From assembly GCA_013265495.1 (NCBI GenBank), contig MU058289.1, positions 1,981,451-2,045,450 on the forward strand: 64,000 bases of DNA. Reading direction: 5' to 3'. Origin of the DNA: Vicugna vicugna (taxonomy: Eukaryota). Shown one piece after another: positions 13,289 through 25,720 of this stretch (positions within the stretch are counted from its first letter, which is position 1; each line of letters opens with the position of its first letter). Below the pieces are notes generated by a model that saw nothing but the letters and a program-made list of their open reading frames with translations, did no database searches and was not told the DNA's origin. The translations under genes were made by a program, and so were the position numbers.

Positions 13289-14079
13289 CTGAACACGATT
13301 AAAAAGAGATCCAGAAACTGGATCTCCTTTCATGGACTTGGGGATCTTATGGGGCCACAGGAAGTCATGGAGCTGAGTTCTGAGTTCTGTTCTTCTCAGG
13401 TCAACCCCAACCCAGAGGAGTCCCTGCCAGACATCTTCCACCAGGTCCCTAAACTCAGCCCTTTGCACCTTCCTGGTGGCTCAGGAAACATCATTTCTCT
13501 TTCTGTCTCTTCTCTGGCAAGCAGAAAGGATGGAAGCTTTCCTGCCAAGGGTCATCACCGCCCTGCCAGCATCCTGCTCTCGGAAGCTGACCCCAGGCAG
13601 CTATGCTCTTGTTTCTCATCTGTCCCCAACATGCTGTGATGGTCAGCTCTGCAAGTCAGCCCGGGGCTCCCTTCATTTTGCTCACCCTCCATCAAGCTGC
13701 CCTGATGGTCAGAGCTCCTGCCTCACCTTCTCTTCCTGTCCCTCCACATCCCTCTGTTACAAACGCATCTGCCTAAGAACCTCCACATTCAGCCATTGAC
13801 AAAAATACTACACAAAAATGAGCCTATATGTTTGGATGGAGAAGGGGACCATCCCACTGATACAAAAATATATAAATTTTACTTTTTGACTCAGTTTGAT
13901 ATTTAAAAGTTCACTATGAAATATTTCAGGTAGATAAATGATACATAAAAATGATAAAGAACAGCCAGTACACTCACCCTTAGCTTAAAGAATAAGACAA
14001 TTACCAATATTTGGAGACTCTTTTGTACCCCTTCCTGCTACTTCCCTGCTCCCTCCCCTCTTGAAGTAACCACATGTGT

Positions 14080-14680
14080 CATAAATATTTAATGAGCACC
14101 TACTATGTGCTGGGCACTATTCTAGGCAATTGAGATCTATTGGTGAACAAAACAAACATCCTGCCCTTGTAAAATTAAATTGCAACCATGAGAGAGACAG
14201 CCAGTGCTACAAACGTAATACATTAGTAAATTACAAATAACGTTAGAGAGTGATAAGTGTTACAGAGAAAAGAAAAACAGCAAGGTGAGAGGGCTGGAAG
14301 GACTGGAAGCTACAGGCAGTCTTAGGATCTAAGCACGTGGGAGTAGGTCTCAGTAAGAACTAACACTTGAACTACATGGAGATCTAGGGAACAGCACATG
14401 CAAAGGCCCTGGGGTGGGAACATTCTTGATACCCAGTGTATGTGAGGAGGAGTGAACATAAGGAAGATGAAAGGAGAGACGAGGTAAAAGAACTAAGTAT
14501 GGGTACAGTCAGGTGGGCCATTGAAAGGACATTGGCTTTGGCTTTGACTTTGAGTGAGATAGGGGCAGAGGAAGGACATTATCTGACTTGTATTTCAAGC
14601 AGGGTCCCACTAGCCACGTAGGTAGGCAAGGGCAGAGGCAGGGAAGCCAGGGAACAGGCAACGATAACAGTTTAGGTGAG
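14080..14680 (-). mobile_element. L2 (L2a-like) 3' portion
   Basis: aaatatttaatgagcacctactatgtgctgggcactattctagg...gggaacagcacatgcaaaggccctggggtggga. Confidence 0.85.
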
Positions 14681-15004
14681 AAATGTCTACAAAGTGAAAA
14701 TTGCTACAACATGAAAATCCATGTCTGCCAGTCTCATGAAAATTGGCACTTTCAGAAGAGGGCTTTATTATGATGTTGAAATACACGTATTTTTACTTTG
14801 ATGCTCTGATATCAACATGTCTCAGGTCCACTTGCTGAGCTTTTCCCACATGAGTATTCTGGATCCTGAAAAATCTGTAAGTTACTCTTCACATTAAGCC
14901 TGGCCTGACAGCTGGTTTTCATACCTGGAAGTGCAGGAAACTCAGCTGCCTGGTATATGCGAGCAAAATGGAATAATGAGACATCAGGTGATGACAGGCA
15001 GGTG

Positions 15005-15140
15005 GGCCCTGGAGTGGCTAGGCTGCTTGGGTCCAAATCCCAGCTCCATCACTTACCAACTGTGTCTAGGCAAGTGACTTTAGCTCTCTGTGCCTCAGTG
15101 TTCTCATCCGCAAAATGAGAGTAATAATGGCTACCTCTCA
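15005..15140 (+). mobile_element. MIR, 5' part (resumes at 16644-16740 after the retrocopy)
   Basis: gggtccaaatcccagctccatcacttaccaactgtg...ctctgtgcctcagtgttctcatccgcaaaatg; the 3' part cagtgcctggcacacagt lies at ~16707. Confidence 0.85.
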
Positions 15141-16643
15141 TATATATTCTGTGTTAATGGATGTGATTCAAACACTGACTTTTCCGATAGTGTCCAGGGT
15201 CAGGAATTTGAAAGATTTGTGAAATCATAAACTTACATGGAAAGATCTCAATATATTTTTGTTGTATACAGATATAAACACAAAAAGAAAGAGGTAAGAA
15301 AAAATTACCATTAGACAATAATGGAGAAAATGACATTTTAGTTATAAACCTCTCCTCTGACAGCCATGCCTCCTCCCCACTGACACTGACCAGATAACTG
15401 ACCAATCCAGGATGTCAGTTGCTGGTTGGGTTCTGGGTGGAATGTTGGGGTGTCCCCTGGGGCTTTTTGTGGCTGGTGGATCCATGGTAACTGGGTAGAG
15501 CCCTGTGGTGGGTCAGTGCCATGGAGGGGCTGCCGTCCTCTGTGGAGCTTGGCTTTGGGCTGATCCTTAGGAAGCTGAGAGTGGTCCTGGTTTTGATGCT
15601 GCTCAATGGCCTGTGTTCCCAGTTCATGTTCCAGAGCTTCTGCTTGGAGACAGTGTTGAGTCTGCCTGTCCTCACCTTACTGCTGGGTGTCTTATTTACT
15701 TTCAGACTTACTCAGTCTGTTAGAAGTCAACTTAATAGAAGACGTGAAAAATAACTGGCAAAAACATTGGCTGCGCAGATCGAGGACAAATGCCACCTCA
15801 TTGACAAGCTTTGTGTGGCTAAAAGGGAGCATGCCAGGATGGAGACAACTTTAAAGAATGTCAGGCTAGAGACGGAGCCAGTAAGTATATCCATCCTCGC
15901 TGACACTTACAGAAAGTTGATGCCGGTCAACCTGAGTTTGAGGAAGGAAATCAATTTTCTTGTCCAAGAACTGAAGAAAGAGAGAGCCCTGCAGTCTATA
16001 AGAGATGGTGGAGATGCTCAAGTTCCTGGAAGAGGTCATGAGAATCAGCACATCGCAAGGGGCTCTTACCCAGCCAGGGGACCAAGCACCAAGTCCTGAT
16101 GGTCCCTTTCCCAGGAGTGGGCCCTCGTCTTAAAGCTGTGCTGTTCCCTCCCCTCCACTCAGGCCTCCAAACTGCCAGGCTGCATTCACTCACCCAGTCA
16201 GATCCTCACCTGAGCTGCACTGAGGCCAGTGGATGGAGGGCAATCCCCTCCTTTGGACCAGAGTTCCTCCACCTTTACAACTGAGCACAGCAGTGAACTC
16301 CCTCATGGTCAACATCTCTCATTTAAAATATATCAGCAATGTAACTGAAGTGTATATATAGTTACTCTGTGTACAAATATTGCATTATAATTTGAAAATG
16401 TATGCAATTTGTCAATATAAACTTTTGGATGGCAATAGCATTTATTTCTAGACTTCAATTCTGAAGTTGTAAGTTTAAGTCAAAGAGCTTTTTTTTTAAC
16501 CCGAGTATGTATAGTTAAAAAAAAAAGATGAACTTTTTTAAGCTGAAGTTAAATTGTACTCTTAGAAGAAATTGTTATCATTTAATTTTTGTATTCTGCT
16601 CTAACAATATCCATAATAAAAATTCATTTGATAAATTAAAAAA
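15141..16643 (+). pseudogene. Processed pseudogene of a cTAGE5/MIA2 (CTAGE family)-derived gene
   Basis: Translation from ATG 15521 (MEGLPSSVELGFGLILRKLR...FRLTQSVRSQLNRRREK*LAKTLAAQIEDKCHLIDKL...LRKEINFLVQELKKE) aligns by eye to the cTAGE5 N-terminus (MEEPGATPQPYLGLLLEELRR...[37 protein letters not shown]...LEDEILCLEKELKEE). Intronless; stop at 15752-15754; frameshift ~16001; AATAAA 16615-16620; short A tail; 15-bp TSD aatggctacctctca at 15126-15140 and 16644-16658. Confidence 0.88.
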
Positions 16644-17996
16644 AATGGCTACCTCTCAAACTTGTTATAAAAACTAAACAAACAGTAAGAGTGATGCTCT
16701 TGGGGCAGTGCCTGGCACACAGTGGCTGCTCGGTCATGTCAATGGTTGTTTTGGGGAAGATGAACTCGGCTCCCCAAAGTGCTTCTCTTTCAGGCAAGTC
16801 CATCAACCTGGAGCTGGAGAAACAACCACTTTTTGGATATCATCTAGCAAAGCCTGAAGGCCAGCAAGAAACGGGAGCTGTGGAAGCTTCCAACGGGGGT
16901 CTCCGGAAAACATCTCAGGAGCTCAGGCTACAGACAGATTCAGAGAAAAATGCAATGCGTCTGGAAAGGGCTTCCATGAAACTGGGTCTTGAGCACTTCA
17001 TCCACTGGAAAAAAGGAGCAGTTGTTCTGCGCACCACGCCTCTGCAGCCAGCACTGGCCTTGGGCTGTCTCTACTGGTGTATGTCACCATGCGCAATGGG
17101 GTTGGTATTCACTTTGAAGTTCCCTGTTTGCAAAACTATTTCAGTCATGTCTGCTGAGTGTGCCAAGCACTTCAGAATGATCAATTTTTGAAAGTTTAAT
17201 GCAATTGGTCTTTTCCCTGATGATTAAAAATAGGTAACCTCTACCTTCAGCCCATACACTCACCAAGCACCTTTGCTCATTTCGGTTCAGACCAAAAGAA
17301 CTCAGCATGCAATCCAAATTCTCTGGCGTGCAAATCTTCTCAGAATTAAGAAAACAGCACAGCATCCAATGCATTCGGTTTGGGTGGGTGTTTTTGGTTG
17401 TTGTAGTGTGTATGTGTGTTTTTTAACATAATTAATTATTTTGCTAGCAAGGTTGAAATCTTCTAAAAATTGGCAAACTGTTAGACGCTGAAGCTTGGCA
17501 GGGAATGATGGAGTATATTCTGAAAATATTTGAGAGGTTTTCCCTTGTATTCACACATAGAGACACAGAAACACACATACACACAGTCCTAGTCTTGAAT
17601 CTGGTATTGCAAGAACCCCTATAATGGAAGTCTAATATTATTTTCCAATTCGGCTCAGTTACTTTGAAGAAGTGTGACTCTGGTTCAGAGACATAGTCAA
17701 CTCTATTGGTAGTCTCCAAAGCTTAGGAAAGCAACACTTCCTCTCTGATCATCCCCAGAGTCATGTATCACACACCTCTAAGTAGGTAGGCATGGTTTCC
17801 TTTATCATCCATTCATCACAGCTAGTAGCCAAATAATAGATCTGAACTTTTGCAAAACTTTTAGCCTGCCACCCTTGTAATGAATTCCTCCAGGATGTGT
17901 TCTCTGTTTCTTCACTAAGGTAAGGTCTGGCTGCCCTCAATGCAGGTTTCATGGGAGTTTCTAATAAGGCGAGAATCTGTATCCTTTAGGAGTTAA

Positions 17997-18123
17997 AATT
18001 TTTTTTTTTTGTGGGGAGGTAATTAGGCTTTTATTTATTTATTTTTTAACGGAGATACTGGGGATTGAACCCAGGACCTCGTGCATGCTAACCACATGCT
18101 CTACCACTCAGCTCTACTCTCCT
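17997..18123 (-). mobile_element. Camelid tRNA-derived SINE
   Basis: T-tail, ggggaggtaattagg, (TTTA)n, gattgaacccagg, ctctaccactcagct; imperfect TSD tttaggagtt / tttaggaatt. Confidence 0.9.
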
Positions 18124-20783
18124 ACCAGCATTTAGGAATTTTGTACAGACTGGTGACAGATGTTTCAGATGCTGATGGTGTGTTCCACTGCTAGTTTCTT
18201 TCATTTCTTTCATGTGAGGCAGAGAATGATGTTTTGCAGAGGGAGGGGAGAAAAAAATACCCATAGGTTTTGGAATAAATTTCACATGATCTTGGTCCAA
18301 CATTATTTAAGATGTGAATGTGGTTTGGCCTGATTGCCCAGAATCTGCCAATGCCTCAAGGAAGGTGCACCCTGTCTTTGCAACAGACATAAATCTACCC
18401 TTGATGAGCCTCATGCATCATCATCAGCTACCCCAAGTGGGACAAAGACAGCAAAATCAGAGTCCTGATGCTCAAGTTTGATATGCAGATGGCAACGTGA
18501 CCTCCACGGCCAGTAGCCAGAGGGTGGGGGTGTGGCAGGCCAGTCATCCACTCACGCCCGGGCTCCAAGAAGCCGGAATGTGGCTGTGGGTCTGTTTAGC
18601 ATAAAAAGTCGTGAGCACACTGTGCTAGCGCCTGTGGTGTTGGAAATGATCTTACTTCGATTTCCAGCTTGTGTCGTGTTAGGACCAACTTCAACTCTTG
18701 GAAAGGATAACGCTGAAGATGTAACAAGCTCACAGTCCCTTTTTTTTGTGCTACACTATAGTAAATACAAAAATCAAACTTTTCCTCAAAGCATATCTTC
18801 AACTTAACACAGAAAATGCTTATGTTTATGACTTGTAACAGGAATCACAGTACACACGGCAACACAGACACACAGACAGCCCACAACGTACCTAACACAA
18901 GGGTCACAGAGCAACATCTCCAAATCTCTTTCATAAGAAACTTTGCAGGACCCCACCCACCAGGAAGACAGTGAAAAGCTTTACTTTCTATAGTTTGCTT
19001 ATGAAAATACAATTTTATACTTTGAACCCTCCCCACAAAACACCTCTTCAATTATGAAATATTCTTTTTTCAAGCCTTACAAATCCTCCTCTCCCTCCCC
19101 AGATACTGGTACAAGTGCCTGAGCTTCACCTGCTCTGTCCCGCTTTCTCCCATCTCCCTGGAGAAGTGTGCTGTCAACGACCACCTCTGGGGAAGGCGGT
19201 GAAATGATTCCACCTGTTTTTCCAAACCCTAATGGCTCAGAGACATTCCTTCCTTCCCCACAAAGCCACAGCACCTCTTCCCATCTCAGACAACTTGGTC
19301 GGGACCAAGTCCCAACATCCAATGTGGCAGAGGGTGGAGTTCCCGGAGGCTGTGTGCTCTCCCTGCCCAGTGATGAAAACAGCCAGTGAGGGCTCTCAGA
19401 AGGAAGGCGGGGGTTTAAGCAGCATGCCTAGCACGGAAAACCCAGGATCCCCAAGTGTTAAGCCTCCATCCCCTGGCAGCAATCACTCAGATGCAATTTA
19501 GTTAATTCCCTTCCACATCATCTCAGCATTCATGGCAGCCTTCCCGCATACAATAGCAGAGGGGGCAGAGTCATGGGCGCGAAGGGACCTCAGAATCATT
19601 CTGTCTCAAGCAGAGACAATTAAAAACCAAGGGTCAGATTTGCTCTCTGACACATGCAGGGTTATGGCCACTCTCATTCTTTCCCTCAGGCTCTGTTGTT
19701 TTAGGATGATATGAAGTGACTCTAAAGATGGCCAATATTTCTCGCCCGGCACAAAGGCATAAATCACTACATCTTCAGTGCTTTCTTTGTGGTATCGATT
19801 CTTCTGAGAATGAAGGCAGATGGTTCCGATATGGCATCATCTAATATTCCCTGAGCTTGATTTATAGATTTCTTTGTGCATTACCTGAACATAAGCCAGT
19901 CTTGCATTATTTCTTGCACACTTGTCAAATTAAGGTAAGATATTCTTGTTGACCTTTAAACCTAAAAAAAAAATTAAATGTGTCTGAGACATTTTCCAGC
20001 AAGTATTAAAATGAGCTGAGTCCTCAGATGCCAATTAAGAGGATGTAATTATGAAGGGGATCGTCGTCTGTGCTTTGGGTAATGATTTAATTTTAGTTTT
20101 AATGTGTTCACTCAATGGGGGAAAAGAAAATAAGCTGGTTACGAATAATCTCGTGAAAGAGACGAGAACAATTTGGCACCATTTGTTCCTTAATTTACCA
20201 AAATGGGTGGGAGCCAGGGGAGCTTGGCACCTCAGCCTTTCAGAAGGAAGGAGCGCTTCTTGAAAGGTGTGGAGAGAGGCAGCAGTGGCAAGAACCAAAA
20301 TAGAGACAAGGCTGCCGTTCGCTGTGATGTTACCAAACAGAGCCAGCGCCAGCCTTCAGGCTGTGCGAGGGTGTGAATTGGATCTAACTTTCAGCAGGGG
20401 AGGAGATTCCATTCGGGTGCTGCATTAAGGCTTCCTCCTCCATTGTTTCTCCCTCTGTCTTTCCATAGTCAGGTCCAGACCCAGGAAAAGGGTCTCTGGG
20501 CAGCATCCACATAGGGCTGGCTATTGTGTGCCAGGACACAGATACAGTGAATGTACCATTCACCCTCCTTTTACAAACCTCACTCTTCAAGGCTAAATGA
20601 TGCTGGTTGCACCTATCTGGGCCAGCCTTAGTATGTACAAACCTAGGAGCGCACGCACGCACACACAAATGCATGCATGCACACACACACACGCACACAC
20701 ACACAACTGTGATCACATCGGGGCTTGCCCATGAGGCTGGCTTTGGCACGTCTCAGGTCCCTTTCAGGAAAATACCCACTTAA

Positions 20784-23700
20784 TCCACTTTAATCACTTA
20801 TAAAGCTAGACTGAAGATTAAAAGACAAAAGCAGTAAAAAAAATAACTGTGATTACAACAATTTGTTAAGGGATACACCAAATAAAAAGATGTAAGATGT
20901 GCCATCAAAAACATAAAAGGTGGGGGGTGGGGAGGAATAATGTTGAGCTTTACAATGAGAGCAAAATTAAGTTGTTATCAACTTAAAATAGACTATTCAA
21001 TGTAGACCTCCTGGTAGCCACAAAGCAAAAACCTATAGTAGACACACAAAAGGTAAAGAGAGAGGAATACAAGCATACCTCTAAAGAAAGTCATCAAACC
21101 ACACAAGAAGAAAGGAACACAGAGGAATTACAAATACATCCAGAAAACAATTAACAAAACGGCAATAAGCACATACCTAGCAATAATTACTTTAAATGTA
21201 AATGTACTAAATTCTCCAATCAAAAGACGTAGGAAGCCGGTAGATTAAAAACAACAACAACAACAACAACAACAATGACAAGACGACCCATCTACATGCT
21301 GCCTCCAAGAGACTCACTTTAGATGCAGGAACACACACAGACTGAAAGTAAAGGAATGGAAAAAGATATTCTATGCAAATGGAAATCAAAAGAAAGCTGG
21401 AGTAGCTATACTTATATCAGGCAAAGCAGACTTTAAAACAAAGATTGTAATAAGAGAAAAAGAAGAGCATTACATAATGATAGAGGGGTAAATTGAACAA
21501 GAAGATATAACCTCTGTAAACATTCATACACTCAACATAGGAGCACCTAAATATATACAGCAAATATTAACAGACCTAAAGAGAGAAATGACAGCAATAC
21601 AACAATAGCAAGGGACTTGAATACTCTGCTTCCATCAATGAATAGATCATCCAGACAAAAAGTCAGTAAGGAAATAGAGGGGTTAAATGACACACTAGAT
21701 CATATGGGATTAACATGTTTATAGAACATCCCATCCAAAAGCAACAGAATATACATTCTTCTCAAGTGTACATGGAACATCTTCCAAGATAGATCATTTG
21801 TTAGGCCGCAAGACAAGACTTAATAAATTTAAGAGGGTTGAAATCATATCAAGCATCTTTCTCAACATAATGGTATGAAATTAGAAATTAATTACATGAA
21901 GAAAACTGGAAAATCCACAAATATGTGATTAAACAACATGCTGAACAACCAAAGAGTGAAAGAAAAAGTCAAAAGAGAATTCAAAAAATACTTGAGACAA
22001 GTGGAAATGGAACACAACAAAATTTATGGGATGCAGCAAAAACAGATCTAAGAATCTCAGGAACCTCAAGAATCAAGAAAATTCTCCAGTAAACAACCTA
22101 ACTTCACACCTCAAGGAACTAGAAAAAGAATAAATAAAATCCAAATTAGTAAAAGGATGAAAATAAAACAGATTAGAGCAGAAATAAGTGAAACAGAGAC
22201 TATAACAATAATAGAAAAGATCAATGAAACTAAGAGTAGGTTCTTTGAAAGGGTAAACAAAATTGACAAACCTTTAGCTAGAATCACCAAGGAAAAAAAG
22301 AGGACTCAAATAAATAAAATGAGAAGAGAAAGAGGAGATGTTACAACTGATAGCACAGAAATATAAAGGATCATAAGAGAGTACTAAAAACAACTGTATA
22401 CTAACAAATTGGACAACATAGAAAAATGTATAAATTCCTAGAAATATACAATCTATCAAGACTGAAACATGATGAAATAGAAAATCTGAACAGACTAATT
22501 ACCAGTAAGGAGACTGAATCAGTACTCAAAAACCTCCTATCAGACAAAAGTTCAGGACCAGGTACTGCTGAGTTCTACCAAATATTAAAAAAAAACAACC
22601 CAACAAACAAACAAACAAACAAACAAACAAACCACTAATCCTTCTCAAACTCTTCCAAAAGGGAGAGTAGGAGATAACTCTTCTAAATTCATTTTATGAG
22701 GCCAGCATTACTCCAGTACCAAAACCAGACAAAGATGCCACAAGAAAACTATAGGCCACATAGATGTAAAAATCTTTAACAAAATATTAATAAGCCAAAT
22801 TCAATAATACATTAAAATAATCATACACTTAATCCTAAAATAATCATACACTATGATCAAGTAGGGTTCATTCCAAGGATGCAAGGATGGTTCAGCCTCT
22901 GCAAATTAGTGTGGTATACCACATTAACAAAATGAAGCATAAAAATCATATGATCATCTTAATGGATAAAGAATAAAGCATTGGACAAAATTAAACATTC
23001 ATTTATGATAAAAAAATTAAAACTCTCAACAAAGTGAGTCTAGAAGGAACATACCTCAACACAATAAAGGCCATACATGACAAGCCCATAGCTAGCATCA
23101 TACTCAATGGTGGAAAGCCAAAAGCATTTCCTCTAAGATCAAGAATAAGACAAGGATGCCCACTCTCTTCACTTCTATTCAACACATTTTTGAAAGTCCT
23201 AGCCAGTAAAGATGGAAGACACAAAATCAATACACAAACATCTGTTGCACTTCTATACACTAATGATGAACTATTAGAAAGAGAAATTAAGAAAAAAACC
23301 CATTTACAATTGCATCAAAAATAAAACAGGAATAAATTTAAGCAAAGAGGTGATAGCCCTGTGTATCGAAAATTATAAGACATTAACAAAAGACATTTAA
23401 AAGACACAAATAAGTGGAAAGATATTCTGTGCTAACAGATTGGAAGAGTTAATATTGTTAAAATACTATCCAGAGCAATCTACAGATTCAATGCAATCCC
23501 TACCAAAAATTCAATTTTGACATCTTTCACAGAAATAGAACAAACAATCCTAAAATTTCTATGGCACCATAAAAGACCCCAAATAACCAAAGTAATCTTG
23601 AGAAAGAACAAAGCTTGAGGCATCACTTGCCCTGATTTCAAACTATATTACAAAGCTATAATAATTTATACAGTATGGTATTGGCATAAAAACAGATACA

Positions 23701-24117
23701 TGAATCAGTGGAAAAGAACAGAGAGCCCAGAAATAAACCCACATGTATATGATCAATTAATTTACAACAAAGGAGTCAAGAATATACAATGGCGAAGGGA
23801 CTGTCTCTTTAATAAATGGTGTTAAGAACATTGGACAGCCACGTGCAAAAAAGTGAAACTGGATCACTATCTTTCTCTACACATGAAAATTAGCTCAAAA
23901 TAAATGAAAGACCATAAGACCCCAAACCATAAAACTAGGAGAAAACTTAGGTGGTAAACTCTTCGATATAGTTCTTTTTTGAATCTGACACCAAAAACAA
24001 AATCAACAGAAACAAGCTCATAGATACAGATAACAGATTGGTGGTTGCCAGAGGGGAGAGGGTGGGAGAAATGGTCAACTGTTTGTTCGTTTTCTTAGCT
24101 TAAATAAATTGAATTTA
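20784..24117 (+). mobile_element. L1, 5'-truncated, degenerate ORF2 with internal deletions, 15-bp TSD
   Basis: Endonuclease start (AISTYLAIITLNVN) ~21160, RT motif RQGCPLS ~23150, 3'UTR ggtggttgccagagggg; aaaatacccacttaa at 20769-20783 and 24118-24132. Confidence 0.93.
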
Positions 24118-24596
24118 AAAATACCCACTTAACAACCAACCTCTAATTAAATCTATCCCCAAAGCTCACTGAGATAATAAAAGGGATCCTATGGGTGATG
24201 CCCAGCTGCCTCTGTCTCCATTCTGTCTCCAGATCTTGCATGTATGCACATGCAAGCTGTTCCCCTCCTCTCTCTCCTCCCTCGCTCCAAATGCCCCAAC
24301 CCCCTTCTCCTTTCACACCCAGCCCTGAGCCCCACAGCCCGCTTGGCCTCTCTCACCTTCTATCCCTTCTCTTCTCTGCTGTGATAACCCTGCACTTCCC
24401 TGGGTGACCATGTCCCCTCTTCCTTTCAGGACCCATGGGATCTGTCTCCTTCTTCTCACTACCCTGACCACACAGAGGCCTGGGGAACGCCAGGCAGACA
24501 GAATTCTCCTCTTGAGGCTGGGAGGAGGGGATGCTGGGGTCCTTGCCTACTAGTGATTGTTTCCCAGCCACACCCGTCTGCGGGTGCCCGCTTGTG

Positions 24597-24644
24597 TTTG
24601 CGCACGCGCGCACGTGCACACACACACACACACACACACACGTG
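24597..24644 (+). repeat. Alternating purine-pyrimidine tract, (CG/CA)n
   Basis: tgcgcacgcgcgcacgtg(ca)n cgtg read directly. Confidence 0.9.
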
Positions 24645-25439
24645 CTCATTCAGCTTGAAGGAGAAGAAGCACATGCTCTCTCCGGGTCCCCTGACCCTCC
24701 TGGTCACATGGGGCATGAGGTACTCAGTCCAGACACGAGTGCTCCATCTCGAGCCACATATCAAATGAATGTGGTCTACACAGCCGGGCCCTAATGGGTC
24801 CTTCCTGTCCTGCAGCCCACTGCACTTAACCTCAGTTCCCCAGCCCAGGAGAAAGCCAGGAGAGGCAGAGCGGTTCTGAGGCCCATCCAAGAGGGCTGAG
24901 GCTGGTCCCTGGAGAAGCCTGGCTTTCAGCATCCAGCTGCAGGGATGCCACTAGACTCTTTCCAAACCTGAGGATGTTTGCCCCAACCTGACCCTTCTAC
25001 TGACTCCCCAGGGCTGGGCAGGCTACTCAGTGCCCTGTTCACACAACCAAAGCTTCCTGAGTGCAACCATGTGCAAGCTCAGATCCCTCCCAGACCTGCA
25101 CAGGGTCAAGAAGCACTTCCCAGAGGACCTGCCTCTCCGGCCGGAGCCACAGAGGAGCAGCCATCACCCTCCCTCCTGGACTTTGGCAGCCCAGCCTCAC
25201 CCTGGTCTAGCAGGACAGGGTTTGAGAAATCTTTTTTATCCTTCAGTTTTGTAAATTCCCAAATAACCCTTTCAATATGATAGTTCTGATTAGATGCCTA
25301 AAATATTTCCATTTGCCATTTTTCTACTTTCATACCCATCTGTGTCTTAAGGATCAATTAAACCCCTAAGGGTCATCCAACAGCATCTCATAAGGAAATA
25401 CTTCACACAATACAATTAAAGCAAAGATCCCTTCAAAAA

Positions 25440-25720
25440 CCACCCCAATCCAGTCCATTCCATCCTGGGATAATTTGGTGCAATTCCTTCCAGACTTCTT
25501 TCTAGCTGTGTACTGACGATTACGTAAACAGAGAATATACAGTTGTGGGGTTTTTTGCATGTACATATTTTTTAGCCATAAATGGTATATAAGTACATAC
25601 CGTTCACAAGTTTGCTTTCTAACTTAACAAAATGTTTTGGCCATGTTTCCCAGGCAGTACATCCAGATCTACCTCATGCTTTTTAACTATCCAGAATATT
25701 CAAATGTTGAGTATTGCAAA
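25440..25720 (-). mobile_element. Old L1 (L1ME-like) 3' fragment
   Basis: ccttccagac...aaatggtat...ttgctttctaacttaacaa...agatctacctcatgcttttta. Confidence 0.55.

Noticed and set aside
15521..16099. Intact protein-coding CTAGE gene
   Set aside because: In-frame TAA at 15752-15754 before the coiled coil and a frameshift near 16001
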